Below, piece by piece: positions 1 to 10,066 of a stretch of DNA of 64,000 nucleotides; positions within the stretch are counted from its first letter, which is position 1, and every line of letters begins with the position of its first letter. Under the pieces are notes generated by a model. The model was given only the letters and a program-made list of their open reading frames with translations. It was not told the origin of the DNA and searched no databases. The translations under genes and the position numbers were made by a program. The DNA is from Burkholderiales bacterium. GTDB taxonomy: Bacteria; Pseudomonadota; Gammaproteobacteria; Burkholderiales; SG8-39. The DNA is taken from positions 2,840-66,839 of the forward strand of contig DASPWT010000198.1 in NCBI GenBank assembly GCA_035637655.1, in the 5' to 3' direction.

Positions 1-568
1 GGGCGCGATGGGTCTCCACGGTCTTCACCGAAAGCTCAAGGCGATAGGCGATTTCCTTGGTGCTGTGACCCCCGGCGATGAGCTGCAGGACTTGGCGCTG
101 CCGCGGCGTCAGATTGTCAGTCGCGGGCTGCTCGGCCCCGACTCTCTGCACGTAGCCTTCCACCATCTGCCTCGAGATGCGCGGGCTGAGATAGGTTTCG
201 CCCTGCATCACGGCGTACAGCGCGAGTTCCAGTTCAGCGGTCGCGGAATCCTTGAGCATGTAGCCTGCAGCTCCCGCGCGCAGCGCCTGCAGCACGTATT
301 CCTCGTTGGCGTGCATGGAAAGCATCACCACGCGCACCTCCGGAAGCTGCTGCTTGAGCTGAGCGCTCGCCTCGAGCCCCCCGAGTCCCGGCATGGAAAT
401 GTCAAGCAGCACGACGTCCGGACGATGCTTGCGCGCAAGCTCCAGCACTTCGCTGCCGTTGCCTGCTTCGGCCACGACCGTGACCCCTTCCAGACCTCCC
501 AGGAGCGCGCGTATTCCGGCGCGCACCAGTGCGTGATCATCCGCGAGAAGTACGCGTACCGGGGTCAT
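1..568 (-). CDS. NarL/FixJ (LuxR)-family response regulator; C-terminus cut by the window edge
   Basis: My own minus-strand translation from ATG at 568 gives MTPVRVLLADDHALVRAGIRALL...VVLLDISMPGLGG (receiver domain), then LTPRQRQVLQLIAGGHSTKEIAYRLELSVKTVETHRA (LuxR-type HTH). The ATG overlaps the upstream kinase's TGA (ATGA). It is absent from the ORF track because no stop lies inside the window. Confidence 0.85.
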   Translation of the reverse strand, partial: MTPVRVLLADDHALVRAGIRALLGGLEGVTVVAEAGNGSEVLELARKHRPDVVLLDISMPGLGGLEASAQLKQQLPEVRVVMLSMHANEEYVLQALRAGAAGYMLKDSATAELELALYAVMQGETYLSPRISRQMVEGYVQRVGAEQPATDNLTPRQRQVLQLIAGGHSTKEIAYRLELSVKTVETHRA

Positions 569-1656
569 GCTTGTCCCGCACCGACCCGGACCAGGGGGAG
601 CGCAAGGCTCAACCGAGTCTCCCGCCCGAGCGCCGAGTCGATCGCAAGCCGCCCGCCGGCGAGCGTCGCGCGTTCTTCCATGCTCAGCAGCCCCATGCTC
701 CTGCCGACCGTCGCCCCCAGTCGCGCGGCCGCGACGTCGAAACCCCGTCCGTTGTCGCGCACCTCCAGACGCAATTCCTCCTGCGTGCCGGCGAGCGTAA
801 CCCAGACTTCGCTCGCTTGCGCGTGGCGCGCGATATTGGTGAGCGCCTCCTGCGCGATGCGAAAGCACGTGGTCTCGATCTCGGCGGCGAGATGCAGGGG
901 CACCCTCTCCTGCATGAAATTCGGCTTGAATCCGGCGCTGCCTGCCTGCTGGTCGAGATGCGAGCGCAACGCCGCCACCAGCCCAAGATCATCCAGTTGC
1001 GAGGGTCTCAGGTCGCGCGACACGCGACGCACTTGCTCGAGCGCGTCGTCGATCGCCGCAACGCATTCGCCCCGGCGCGAGGCGTAGTCGGCTGAGGAGG
1101 GCTTGAGGCCGGCGAGGCGCAATTTGACCGCAGTGAGCAGCTGTCCGACGCCGTCGTGCAGTTCGCGCGCGATGCGGCGCCGCTCGGTTTCTTCGACCTG
1201 GAGGAGTCGTACCGAAAGCGCCTGCAACCTGCGATGAGCATCTTGCAGGGCCTGCTGCGCGGCTCTGCGCTTGACGAGTTCAAGGCGGTCGTTCAAGGCG
1301 CGGGCGACCACCGGCGCAAGGCGCTCGAGCCTTTCTTTCATCACGTAATCGGTGGCACCCGCCTTGACGCTCTCGATGGCGCGCTCCTCGCCGAGCGTGC
1401 CGGAGATGAGGACGAAGGGGATTTCCAGGCCGCGCTCCCTGAGCAGGCCGAGCGCGCTCAAGCCATCGAAATGCGGAAGATTGTAGTCGGCGAGGATCAG
1501 CTCGAATTCCGGGCGATCCAGACAGGCCTCGAACTCCTCCCGGGTCTGCACCCGCTGCCAGTCGCAAGCGTAGCCGGCGGCCTGAAGCTTCGCTACTTCG
1601 AGCTCGGCGTCGAGGGCGTTATCTTCCAGAATCAGGAGTTTGAGCGGCGTGGGCAT
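565..1656 (-). CDS. Cytoplasmic histidine kinase with N-terminal receiver domain (REC-HisKA_3-HATPase_c)
   Basis: 363-aa ORF. Receiver motifs are LILEDNALDAE...ILADYNLPHFDG. The H-box is ARELHDGVGQLL (HisKA_3 type). ATPase motifs are EALTNIARHA, RDNGRGF and GMGLLSMEERA. No hydrophobic TM segment is visible. Confidence 0.85.
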   Translation of the reverse strand: MPTPLKLLILEDNALDAELEVAKLQAAGYACDWQRVQTREEFEACLDRPEFELILADYNLPHFDGLSALGLLRERGLEIPFVLISGTLGEERAIESVKAGATDYVMKERLERLAPVVARALNDRLELVKRRAAQQALQDAHRRLQALSVRLLQVEETERRRIARELHDGVGQLLTAVKLRLAGLKPSSADYASRRGECVAAIDDALEQVRRVSRDLRPSQLDDLGLVAALRSHLDQQAGSAGFKPNFMQERVPLHLAAEIETTCFRIAQEALTNIARHAQASEVWVTLAGTQEELRLEVRDNGRGFDVAAARLGATVGRSMGLLSMEERATLAGGRLAIDSALGRETRLSLALPLVRVGAGQA

Positions 1657-1706
1657 GCGTCAATGAGGTGGGGCTCGGCCCACAATACGTCGAATTCACG
1701 GGACGG

Positions 1707-1782
<76 letters not shown>

Positions 1783-1793
1783 ACGTCGCGGTA

Positions 1794-1822
1794 ATTTTAG
1801 CCGCAATCTCCCTCTGCGACAA
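1794..1822 (-). promoter_or_regulatory. Putative sigma70 promoter for tRNA-Ala
   Basis: The minus strand reads TTGTCG-N17-TAAAAT, ending about 11 nt before the mature tRNA 5' end. Confidence 0.45.
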
Positions 1823-1907
1823 CGCGAACGACCCGGGCTTCGCCGCACTAAAACATTTGCGGGTGGCGAGAAAGGACGCCGCGGGCAAGCTCGCGTAAGA
1901 CACCCTG

Positions 1908-2876
1908 TCAGCCCGAGCGGGCGCGCCCAAGCCGGTCCCGGATTGCGGCCCATTCGGCCGTCGCGGGCGGCTCCTCCACCAGAATCCGATCGCAGCCGGA
2001 TGAATCCAGCGCGCGCAGGTTGGCGTAGAGATCGTGTCCATATCGCTGCGCCTGTCTGGACGCCTCGATCCACATCGTGCTCATGTCACCCTCCGGGGGC
2101 GAACGGAAGGACAGCACGCCTCGGCCGTGCGAAGTGCCCTGTACGCTTCGTTCCCATTGGTCCGATTCGATGAGCCGAAGCGGTTGCCGGGGCGCGTAGT
2201 GAGCTGCGAGCGTCCCGGGCGCGCGTGGGGCATCCGAATCGCGCGACTGGAGCGCGACGCCGAGCGTTGCTGCGATATCCCCTGTGCCGATCCGGCCGGG
2301 GCGAAGCAGCACGGGCCTCCCGCGAGAGAGATCCACGATGGTGGATTCGATGCCGATCTCGCAGGGCCCACCGTCAAGGACTAGATCGACTTCGCTCCCA
2401 AGATCGCTTCGCACATGCTCCGCCGTCGTCGGGCTGATCCGGCCGAATTTGTTGGCGGATGGAGCGGCGATCCCACCGCCGAATTCACGCAGCAGATCGA
2501 GTGCGACCGGATGGCCAGGGACGCGCAGGCCGATCGTGTCCTCGCCGCCGGTCAGGTAATCGCCCACGCCAAGGGCGCGCTTCAGCACCAGGGTCAGCGG
2601 TCCCGGCCAGAAGCGCTCTGCGAGTCTCGTCGCGGTCCCGGGAATCTCGCGTGCCCAACGATCCAGTTGCCCGACATCGCCGATATGAACGATGACGGGA
2701 TGGCCCGCGGGACGGCCCTTAACCTCGTAGATTCGCGCGACCGCTGCGGGGTTCGATGCGTCGGCGCCCAGTCCGTATACCGTCTCCGTGGGAAAGGCAA
2801 CCAAGCCGCCACGTTGCAATATCGCCACGGCATCCCGAATCGGAACGGATCGGGGCGCGTCGACTCTCGGGGGCAA
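1908..2876 (-). CDS. tsaC: L-threonylcarbamoyladenylate synthase, long Sua5/YwlC type (YrdC domain plus C-terminal Sua5 domain)
   Basis: The frame of track ORF 1908..3344 contains LVAFPTETVYGLGADA, KGRPAGHP, PGPLTLVL and APSANKFG, plus a C-terminal extension. There is no in-frame ATG downstream of the purE stop, so TTG at 2876 is proposed. The start is uncertain. Confidence 0.75.
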   Translation of the reverse strand: MPPRVDAPRSVPIRDAVAILQRGGLVAFPTETVYGLGADASNPAAVARIYEVKGRPAGHPVIVHIGDVGQLDRWAREIPGTATRLAERFWPGPLTLVLKRALGVGDYLTGGEDTIGLRVPGHPVALDLLREFGGGIAAPSANKFGRISPTTAEHVRSDLGSEVDLVLDGGPCEIGIESTIVDLSRGRPVLLRPGRIGTGDIAATLGVALQSRDSDAPRAPGTLAAHYAPRQPLRLIESDQWERSVQGTSHGRGVLSFRSPPEGDMSTMWIEASRQAQRYGHDLYANLRALDSSGCDRILVEEPPATAEWAAIRDRLGRARSG

Positions 2877-2899
2877 GGGGAAGCGGGACGAAGCCCGTG

Positions 2900-3400
2900 T
2901 CAACCCGGCAGCTTGGCGTTCTCTACCGCTTCGACCAGACCCGCGCGGAACTGAGCGAGACGTTTGGCGAGTTTTGGGTCTCCCTGGGCAAGCATCGCGA
3001 CGGCAAAGAGTCCAGCGTTGGCGGCGCCCGTCTCGCCGATCGCAAAAGTCGCGACCGGGATGCCCTTGGGCATCTGTACGATCGACAGCAGTGAATCCAA
3101 CCCCTGCAGATACTTGGAGGGCATCGGTACCCCAAGCACGGGAACGGTCGTTTTCGCCGCGATCACACCGGCCAGATGCGCCGCACCGCCTGCACCGGCG
3201 ATGAAACAGCGGGCACCCTTCGCGCTCAAGCGTTCCACCCATTCGGCGAGCGCGTCGGGCGAGCGGTGCGCCGAGAGTACCCTGGCTTCGTAGGATACGG
3301 AAAAATCGGTGAGCTGCTTTGCCGCTTCGCGCATCACCTCCCAATCGCTTGGGCTTCCCATGACGATCCCGACAAGAGGTGAGCGCCTGGCCATTTTCAT
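2900..3400 (-). CDS. purE: N5-carboxyaminoimidazole ribonucleotide mutase
   Basis: 166 aa from [20 protein letters not shown], with [10 protein letters not shown]... and PVLGVP. The ATG overlaps the purC stop (ATGA). The longer track ORF (to 3901) is an upstream read-through artefact. Confidence 0.93.
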   Translation of the reverse strand: MKMARRSPLVGIVMGSPSDWEVMREAAKQLTDFSVSYEARVLSAHRSPDALAEWVERLSAKGARCFIAGAGGAAHLAGVIAAKTTVPVLGVPMPSKYLQGLDSLLSIVQMPKGIPVATFAIGETGAANAGLFAVAMLAQGDPKLAKRLAQFRAGLVEAVENAKLPG

Positions 3401-4296
3401 ATTCCCAGTTTTTGCCCGGTCAGACGCTGAAGGGCTTCGCGATATTTTTCGGAGGTCTTTGCTATCACTTGCGGCGGAAGCCTTGGTGCGGGCGGAGTCT
3501 TGTTCCAGTCGAGCGTCTCGAGGTAATCGCGCACGTACTGCTTGTCGAAGGAGGGCGGACTCGATCCCGGCCGATACTCCTCCGCGGGCCAGAATCGCGA
3601 GGAGTCCGCGGTCAGCGCTTCGTCGATCAATACGAGATTTCCCTTGTCGTCCGTCCCGAACTCGAATTTGGTGTCGGCGATGATGATTCCGCGTTCTCTC
3701 GCGTAGTCGGCCGCCTCGAGGTACAGGCGCACACTCAGGTCGCGCACTTTGGCCGCCAGCGCCTTGCCGATCATCTTCTCGACCCGGGCGAACGAGATAT
3801 TCTCGTCGTGGGCGCCGGCCACGGCTTTGGTGGCCGGCGTAAACAGAACTTCCGGCAGCTTGTCGGCCTGCTTTAACCCCTTCGGCAAGGGAATGCCACA
3901 AACCGCTCCGGTCTTTTGATAGTCCTTCCAGCCCGAGCCGATGAGATAGCCGCGCACCACCGCCTCGATCGGCAGGGGCTTCAGCTTCCTCACGACGACC
4001 GAACGGCCTTTTACTTGCGCCGCTTCCACGTTGTCCTTGACCACTTTTTCAGGAGTGAGGCCGTCCAGATGATTCGCGACGATGTGGCCGAGCTTCCCGA
4101 ACCAGAAGTTGGACATCTCGTTCAGCACTTCGCCCTTGCCTGGAATAGGGTCGGGTAGCACGACGTCGAAAGCCGATAGGCGATCGGTCGTGACGATGAG
4201 CAGGCGGTCATCGCCCACCGCGTACATATCGCGGACTTTGCCGCGCCCCACGAGCGGCAGGCTCCGGATGCTCGATTCGTAGAGCGGGGCTGCCAT
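3397..4296 (-). CDS. purC: Phosphoribosylaminoimidazole-succinocarboxamide (SAICAR) synthase
   Basis: 299-aa ORF containing GKVRDMY...[13 protein letters not shown] and [10 protein letters not shown], which are typical long-form PurC motifs. Confidence 0.93.
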   Translation of the reverse strand: MAAPLYESSIRSLPLVGRGKVRDMYAVGDDRLLIVTTDRLSAFDVVLPDPIPGKGEVLNEMSNFWFGKLGHIVANHLDGLTPEKVVKDNVEAAQVKGRSVVVRKLKPLPIEAVVRGYLIGSGWKDYQKTGAVCGIPLPKGLKQADKLPEVLFTPATKAVAGAHDENISFARVEKMIGKALAAKVRDLSVRLYLEAADYARERGIIIADTKFEFGTDDKGNLVLIDEALTADSSRFWPAEEYRPGSSPPSFDKQYVRDYLETLDWNKTPPAPRLPPQVIAKTSEKYREALQRLTGQKLGI

Positions 4297-4298
4297 TC

Positions 4299-5324
4299 CT
4301 ACGCCGCCTGCTTCTCCAGGTCCGGACGGTATTTACCCTGCGCCGCAAGCCCGTTCATGCGAGCCCGGTGGTGGAACGCCCGCTGCGCGGCAGCGACGCT
4401 ACCGGGCGCCCCGCGCCAAGCCTTGAGCGCGCAGTTCTGCAGCGCGCGGCTGAAGGAGAAGGTGAGCGGCCAGGGGAGCCCGGGCTTCCTCGCCATTTCG
4501 TTGAGGTGTGCGGTGGCTGCCTCGTCGGCCTGGCCCCCGGAAAGGAACACGATCCCCGGCAGCGCCGCCGGGACGGTCCGCTTGAGGCAACGCACGGTTT
4601 CCTCCGCGACGCGCTCCACGCCGGCTTGTTTCGGACAATCCTTGCCCGAGACCACCATGGACGCTTTCAGAATGGTGTGCTCGAGCGACACGTTGTGGGC
4701 GCGCAGGGCGGCAAACACTGCGCAGAGCGTCGCCTCGGTCGCCTCGTAGCAGCGTTCGATCGTGTGGTCGCCGTCGAGCAGGACCTCGGGCTCGACGATG
4801 GGAACGATCGAGGCTTCCTGGCACAGCGCAGAATAGCGAGCCAAGGCGTGCGCGTTGGCATAGAGGCAAGCGTGGCTGGGAATACCGGGACCGATGGTGA
4901 TGACCGCGCGCCACTTGGCGAAACGAGCGCCGAGCTTGAAATATTCCTCCAGCCGGCCTCGCAGGCCGTCCAGCCCCTCGGTGACCTTTTCTCCTGGTGA
5001 GAGCGCAAGATCGTGTATGCCTTTGTCCACTTTGATGCCGGGGATGATGCCCTTGCCTGCGAGAAATTCCGGAAACGGCTCGTTGGCGGTGAGCGTGCTT
5101 TGCCGGACCGTCTCGTCGAAAAGGATCACGCCGCTCACGAATTCCTCGAGGCCCTTGGTGGTGAAGAGCAGGTCGCGGTAGGCACGGCGGTTCCGCTCGG
5201 TGCTCTCGACGCCGACCGATTTGAAGCGCTTCTCGCAGGTACCGCTCGATTCGTCTGCTGCGAGCAACCCCTTGCCTTTGGCGACCATTGCTGCGGCAGT
5301 CTTGGAAAGCAGGTTTCGGTCCAT
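4299..5324 (-). CDS. fba: Fructose-bisphosphate aldolase, class I
   Basis: 341 aa from [26 protein letters not shown]. It resembles class I (Schiff-base) aldolases along its whole length. AGGAAG lies 6 nt upstream of the ATG at 5324. The track's earlier ATG (5420) adds an implausible N-terminus. Confidence 0.88.
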   Translation of the reverse strand: MDRNLLSKTAAAMVAKGKGLLAADESSGTCEKRFKSVGVESTERNRRAYRDLLFTTKGLEEFVSGVILFDETVRQSTLTANEPFPEFLAGKGIIPGIKVDKGIHDLALSPGEKVTEGLDGLRGRLEEYFKLGARFAKWRAVITIGPGIPSHACLYANAHALARYSALCQEASIVPIVEPEVLLDGDHTIERCYEATEATLCAVFAALRAHNVSLEHTILKASMVVSGKDCPKQAGVERVAEETVRCLKRTVPAALPGIVFLSGGQADEAATAHLNEMARKPGLPWPLTFSFSRALQNCALKAWRGAPGSVAAAQRAFHHRARMNGLAAQGKYRPDLEKQAA

Positions 5325-5421
5325 GGAACACTTCCTGTTGCTGGGTGAGAAAGCCGAGGGCCGTGATTTTACCCTGCCTGGCGCCTGCTCGGCCAAACCC
5401 GGGCAACTCGAAAAGCGCAAC

Positions 5422-6267
5422 CTAGCAGGCAGTTTGATGCCGCACGCGACAGCTCGCGAGCACCTCGTCCGGGTCCCGCCGCCACCAATTGCGCGAAGAC
5501 AGGATCTCGACCTCGTGGAAACCGCGGTACCCGGCCCCCTCCATCCACGAGCGCATGAGCGGAAGATCGATCACGCCATCGCCCATCATTCCCCTGTCGG
5601 TGAGCAGGTCCGTGGTGGGCACCAGCCAGTCGCAGATATGGAACGCAAGCAGGCGCTTGTCGCCCGCGCGCTCGATCTGAGTCTTGAGCAGGGGGTCCCA
5701 CCAGACGTGGTAAGCATCCACCACGACACCGAGGGCCCCGCTTGCATTGCGGTCCAGCTGGTCGCACAGATCGAGCGCCTGCGCCAGCGTGTTCACGCAG
5801 GCCCGGTCGGCGCAGTACATCGGGTGCAGCGGCTCGATCGCAAGCGGGACGCCTGCTGAGCGCGCGTGATCGAACACTTCGCCGATGCCGTCCCTCACCA
5901 TCTGTCGCGCGCCCGCCAAGTCCTTGGAACCGGGGGGAAGCCCGCCGACCACGAGCACCAGGCACCTTGCCTCGAGCGTCGCAGCGTCGTCGATCGCGCG
6001 CAGGTTGTCGTCGATCGCGGCCTGACGCGCCCTGCGGTCCGCGCCCGGGAACATCCCTCCGCGGCAAAGCCCCGTCACCGCGAGCCCGTTGTCGCGGATC
6101 GCCTTGGCCGCTTCCTTCGCGCCCATCTCGGCGAGTTTGTCGCGCCAAGGCGAGATTCCCCGGATGCGGTGGCGCGCGCAACCCTCGATCATCTGGCGCA
6201 GGTTCCACTTTTCCCGCAGCGTGGCGGTATTGAGCGAAAGCAGTTCGGGATCGGGCGGATTGCTCAT
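5422..6267 (-). CDS. Sugar phosphate isomerase/epimerase (xylose-isomerase-like TIM barrel) family protein
   Basis: 281-aa ORF whose pattern (LAIEPLHP..., VVVDAYHVWWD, HICD) is typical of AP-endonuclease-2/xylose-isomerase-like TIM barrels. There is a 4-nt ATGA overlap with the upstream DUF993 gene. Confidence 0.8.
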   Translation of the reverse strand: MSNPPDPELLSLNTATLREKWNLRQMIEGCARHRIRGISPWRDKLAEMGAKEAAKAIRDNGLAVTGLCRGGMFPGADRRARQAAIDDNLRAIDDAATLEARCLVLVVGGLPPGSKDLAGARQMVRDGIGEVFDHARSAGVPLAIEPLHPMYCADRACVNTLAQALDLCDQLDRNASGALGVVVDAYHVWWDPLLKTQIERAGDKRLLAFHICDWLVPTTDLLTDRGMMGDGVIDLPLMRSWMEGAGYRGFHEVEILSSRNWWRRDPDEVLASCRVRHQTAC

Positions 6268-7451
6268 CCACCGATGCCGTTTACAGCGAGAAAATGCCTC
6301 ATCCTGGATGCCGCGAGCTCGGGATCGCGCAGCAACCCGGCTGCGTCGGCCAGCCGGAAAGTTTCCGCCAGATCGGCGACCGAGCGGGCCGACTGCTGGC
6401 CGCCGACCATGACGAAATGTTCCTGGTGGCCGTTCAGCCAGGCGAGGAACACGAGTCCCGTCTTGTAGAAGCGCGTCGGCGCGGCAAAAATCTGACGCGC
6501 GAGCGGCAGCGTCGGCGCGAGGATGTCGTGAAAACCGCGCGCGTCTCCCGAAGCCAGGCGTCCCAGCGCTGCAGAGGCGGCCGGGGCAATCGCGTCGAAA
6601 ATGCCGAGCAGCGCGTCGGAGCGGCCTTCCCGGTCGCCTTCGATCAGCTCCGGGTAGTTGAAATCGTCCCCGGTATACATGCGCACCCCCTCGGGGAGAC
6701 GCCTGCGCATGTCGATTTCCTTTTGTCGATCGAGGAGCGAGATCTTGATGCCTTCTACTTTGGCGCGGTTTGCTTCGATCACGGCCAGTGCCACGTTCAT
6801 CGCCCTGCCGTGATTCTCCTCGCCCCAGTAGCCGGCGAGTTGCGGGTCGAACATCTCGCCCAGCCAGTGAATGATCACGGGACGCTTCACCTGGGAGAGG
6901 ATGCGCGAGTAGACCGCCTGATAGTCGTCGGGCGAGCGGGCGCAGGCGGCTAGCGCGCGGCTCGCCATGAGCACGATCCGTCCGCCGAGCCTTTCGATCG
7001 CTTCACACTGCTCTTCGTACGCGGCGACGACCTCATCGAGTGTCGCTTCGCTAGAGGGCGCGAGTTGATCGGTACCCGCGCCGCTGAAGAGCACCGCGCC
7101 TTCGATGTCTCCTGAGGCCTCGATCGAGCGGCGGATCAGCTCAAGGGAACTCTTCCAGTCAAGCCCCATTCCGCGTTGTGCCGTGTCCATCGCTTCGGCC
7201 ACGCCGAGACCCAGTGACCACAGGTAGCGCCGGTAGGCAGTAGTCGCATCCCAGTCGACTGCGGCATCGAGCCATGGATTCCCTCGGGCGAGAGGATCGG
7301 CGACCACGTGGGCCGCGGCGAGCGCGATGCGGTTGAACGCTTTCCTTCCGGTTGCGCCGAAATCGCGCGGCGCGCTCAGTCGGAATTCCTCGAGCTTCCC
7401 GGCTCCGGATGGAAGCTTGATGCGCACCGCCACCTTTTCAGGCGCATTCAT
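6264..7451 (-). CDS. DUF993 / dihydrodipicolinate-synthase-like family protein, function unknown
   Basis: 395-aa ORF. I recognise the sequence as the DUF993 family that accompanies Gfo/Idh/MocA and TIM-barrel isomerase genes. This is recognition by eye with no HMM run. Confidence 0.7.
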   Translation of the reverse strand: MNAPEKVAVRIKLPSGAGKLEEFRLSAPRDFGATGRKAFNRIALAAAHVVADPLARGNPWLDAAVDWDATTAYRRYLWSLGLGVAEAMDTAQRGMGLDWKSSLELIRRSIEASGDIEGAVLFSGAGTDQLAPSSEATLDEVVAAYEEQCEAIERLGGRIVLMASRALAACARSPDDYQAVYSRILSQVKRPVIIHWLGEMFDPQLAGYWGEENHGRAMNVALAVIEANRAKVEGIKISLLDRQKEIDMRRRLPEGVRMYTGDDFNYPELIEGDREGRSDALLGIFDAIAPAASAALGRLASGDARGFHDILAPTLPLARQIFAAPTRFYKTGLVFLAWLNGHQEHFVMVGGQQSARSVADLAETFRLADAAGLLRDPELAASRMRHFLAVNGIGG

Positions 7452-7457
7452 GCCGCT

Positions 7458-8609
7458 CTACGCTTTCAGTCTGGGAACGTCGACCCAGCGCCGCGATCGC
7501 CACGATTTCATGGCGCAATCGACCAGTTGCAGGCCCTTCGCACCCTCCAGGAGGTTCCATCTGAACGGCGCGTCTTCGCATACATGGCGGATGAAGAGTT
7601 CCCATTCGGCCTTGAACGCATTGTCGTAAGGCTTGTCGTCCGGAACCTCCTTCCAGTCCGCGCCAAAATCGTGGGTTTTACGCACGTCCGGGTTCCATAT
7701 CGGCCGGGGCGTTTCGGCGAGCGATTGGGTAAAGCAGCGCGTCAGCCCCGCCACGGCCGAACCACGCGTGCCGTCAACCTGGAATGTCACCAGATCGTCG
7801 CGGCGCACGCGCACGCACCAGGAACTGTTGAAATGCGCAACGACGTCGCCCGCGAGCCGGAAAGTCGCGTACGCGGCATCGTCTGCGGTCGCCCTGTACT
7901 TGCCGCCGCTTTCGTCCCAGCGCGCCGCGATGTGCCGCGCCCCGAGGCAGGAAACGCTCTTCACTTCTCCGAACAGGTTGTCGAGCACGTAGCGCCAGTG
8001 GCACAGCATGTCGAGGATGATTCCGCCGCCGTCCTTTCTCCGGTAATTCCAGGAGGGCCGCTGCGCGGGCTGCTCATCGCCCTCGAATACCCAGTAGCCG
8101 AACTCGCCCCGGACCGAGAGGATCCTGCCGAAGAAACCGGCGTCACGCAGCGCCTTGATCTTCAAGAGCCCCGGCAGCCACAGCTTGTCCTGCACCACTC
8201 CGTGCCGGACGCCTGCTTGTTTCGCCGCGCGACAAAGTCCGAGCGCCTGCGCGAGGGAAGTGGCCACAGGTTTCTCGCAGTAGATGTGTTTCCTCGCGGC
8301 GATTGCCCTCTTGAGCACGGCGGGCCGGAGCTTTGTCGAAGCGGCGTCGAAAAAAACCGCATCGTCGGGGTTCCTGAGCGCCTCATCCAGGTCGGTGGTC
8401 CAGCGCTCGACGCCGTGCTCGGCGGCGAGCTTCTTCAGCTTTTCGGCGTTGCGCCCGACCAGGATCGGGTCGGGGATCACCCGCGTGCCGTCGGCAAGCC
8501 GCACCCCGCCCTCCTTGCGGATGGCCATGACGGAGCGCGCCAGGTGCTGGTTCGTGCCCATGCGGCCCGTCACTCCATTCATGATGACGCCGAGTCTTTG
8601 CTCAGCCAT
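7458..8609 (-). CDS. Gfo/Idh/MocA family NAD(P)-dependent oxidoreductase
   Basis: 383-aa ORF with an N-terminal Rossmann segment (LGVIMNGVTGRMG), an EKP motif (IYCEKPVA) and the C-terminal alpha/beta domain typical of the family. Confidence 0.85.
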   Translation of the reverse strand: MAEQRLGVIMNGVTGRMGTNQHLARSVMAIRKEGGVRLADGTRVIPDPILVGRNAEKLKKLAAEHGVERWTTDLDEALRNPDDAVFFDAASTKLRPAVLKRAIAARKHIYCEKPVATSLAQALGLCRAAKQAGVRHGVVQDKLWLPGLLKIKALRDAGFFGRILSVRGEFGYWVFEGDEQPAQRPSWNYRRKDGGGIILDMLCHWRYVLDNLFGEVKSVSCLGARHIAARWDESGGKYRATADDAAYATFRLAGDVVAHFNSSWCVRVRRDDLVTFQVDGTRGSAVAGLTRCFTQSLAETPRPIWNPDVRKTHDFGADWKEVPDDKPYDNAFKAEWELFIRHVCEDAPFRWNLLEGAKGLQLVDCAMKSWRSRRWVDVPRLKA

Positions 8610-8626
8610 TTGCTTCTTATCCTCAA

Positions 8627-10066
8627 TTATCCCTTCCGGTGCTCCCCGACTCGAACGATCTTCATCGTGTTGGTTCCGCCGGCCTTGCCGATCGGCTCGC
8701 CGATGGTGAGCACGATGAGGTCCCCCTTCTGCACCACGCCGTTCCTCACCAAGACGTTTTCGGCCTCCTCCAGCAGCTCCTCGCGGTCGTTACCGACGTA
8801 CTTCACCATCAGGGGATAGGTGTCCCGAAACAGCGCGCAACGATAGCGGGTCGAGGTCTGCGAAGTGAGGGCGTAGATCGGAACGCCGCAGTTGATGCGC
8901 GACATCCACAGCGCGGTCGACCCCGACTCGGTGAGCGCAGCGATCGCTTTCACCTTGAGATGATAAGCGGTGAAAAGCGCGGCCATGGCGATCGACTGGT
9001 CCACGCGGGTAAAAACGCGATCGAGGAAGTCGCGGTCGAGCGTCACCTCGGCCGAGTCTTCCGCGACTGCGCAGATGCGGCTCATGGAGGCGATGGTCTC
9101 GACGGGGTACTTGCCGCTTGCGGTTTCCGCGGACAACATTACCGCGTCGGTCCCATCCAGCACGGCATTGGCGACGTCCGACACTTCGGCGCGCGTGGGT
9201 ACCGGGCTCGAAATCATCGACTCCATCATCTGCGTGGCGGTGATAGTGAGCTTGTTCTGCTCGCGCGCATGTCGAATCATTCGCTTTTGCAGCGCCGGGA
9301 CCGAGGCATCGCCGACCTCCACCGCCAGATCCCCGCGCGCCACCATGATGCCCTCGCAGGCCGACATGATATCGGTGAGCGCATTCGGCTCGACGGCTTC
9401 GGCGCGCTCGATCTTGGCGATGAGGAAAGCCTCGCCGCCCGCGGCGCGCAAAAGCTTCCTTGCCATCTCCATGTCGGCGCTCGACTTGGGGAAGGAAACG
9501 GCGAGGAAATCCACCTTGATTTTCGCCGCGGTGCGGATGTCCTCCATGTCCTTCGGCGGAAGCGCGGGAGCGGTGAGGCCGCCTCCGAGGCGGTTGATGC
9601 CCTTGTTGTTGGAGAGCACTCCTCCATGACGGACGCGGCAGTGCACCTCGTTGCGCACGACCTTTTCGACTTCGAACTCGATCTTGCCGTCGTCGAGAAG
9701 CAGCACGTCTCCGGGCCGCACGTCGCGCGGCAGCTCCTTGTAGTCCAGGCCGACGCGGCCGTCGACCCCAAGCTCGCAGTCGGCATCGAGCACGAAGGCA
9801 TCCCCTGGATTCAGAGCGACCTTGCCGTCCTTGAACTTGCCGATCCGGATCTTGGGACCCTGCAGGTCGCCCATGATGCCGACCGTACGCCCGGTTTTGC
9901 GGCAAGCCTCGCGCACCAACTCGGCACGGCGCTCGTGGTCGCCGGCAGTGCCGTGCGAGAAATTCAAGCGCACGACGTCCACTCCGGCGAGGAACATCCG
10001 CTCGAGCGTTTGAGGATCGCTCGACGCGGGGCCGAGTGTGGCGACGATTTTGGTGCTTCTGCTCAT
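8627..10066 (-). CDS. pyk: Pyruvate kinase
   Basis: 479-aa ORF: MSRSTKIVATLGPAS...VRLNFSHG...GDLQGPKIR...MVARGDL. A GGAGGG Shine-Dalgarno precedes the ATG. Confidence 0.95.
   Translation of the reverse strand: MSRSTKIVATLGPASSDPQTLERMFLAGVDVVRLNFSHGTAGDHERRAELVREACRKTGRTVGIMGDLQGPKIRIGKFKDGKVALNPGDAFVLDADCELGVDGRVGLDYKELPRDVRPGDVLLLDDGKIEFEVEKVVRNEVHCRVRHGGVLSNNKGINRLGGGLTAPALPPKDMEDIRTAAKIKVDFLAVSFPKSSADMEMARKLLRAAGGEAFLIAKIERAEAVEPNALTDIMSACEGIMVARGDLAVEVGDASVPALQKRMIRHAREQNKLTITATQMMESMISSPVPTRAEVSDVANAVLDGTDAVMLSAETASGKYPVETIASMSRICAVAEDSAEVTLDRDFLDRVFTRVDQSIAMAALFTAYHLKVKAIAALTESGSTALWMSRINCGVPIYALTSQTSTRYRCALFRDTYPLMVKYVGNDREELLEEAENVLVRNGVVQKGDLIVLTIGEPIGKAGGTNTMKIVRVGEHRKG

Noticed and set aside
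8-1087. 359-aa plus-strand ORF covering the start of the window
   Set aside because: It is antisense to the response regulator and kinase genes, which have clear domain motifs. The translation is Arg/Ala/Ser-rich and low-complexity, typical of shadow ORFs in GC-rich DNA.
1908-3901. Over-long track ORFs (1908..3344, 2900..3901; likewise 4299..5420, 20352..21452, 24662..26530, 53550..54131)
   Set aside because: The upstream parts read through neighbouring genes or intergenic DNA and give nonsense N-termini. I trimmed each to an internal start supported by family N-termini, SD sequences or start-stop overlaps.
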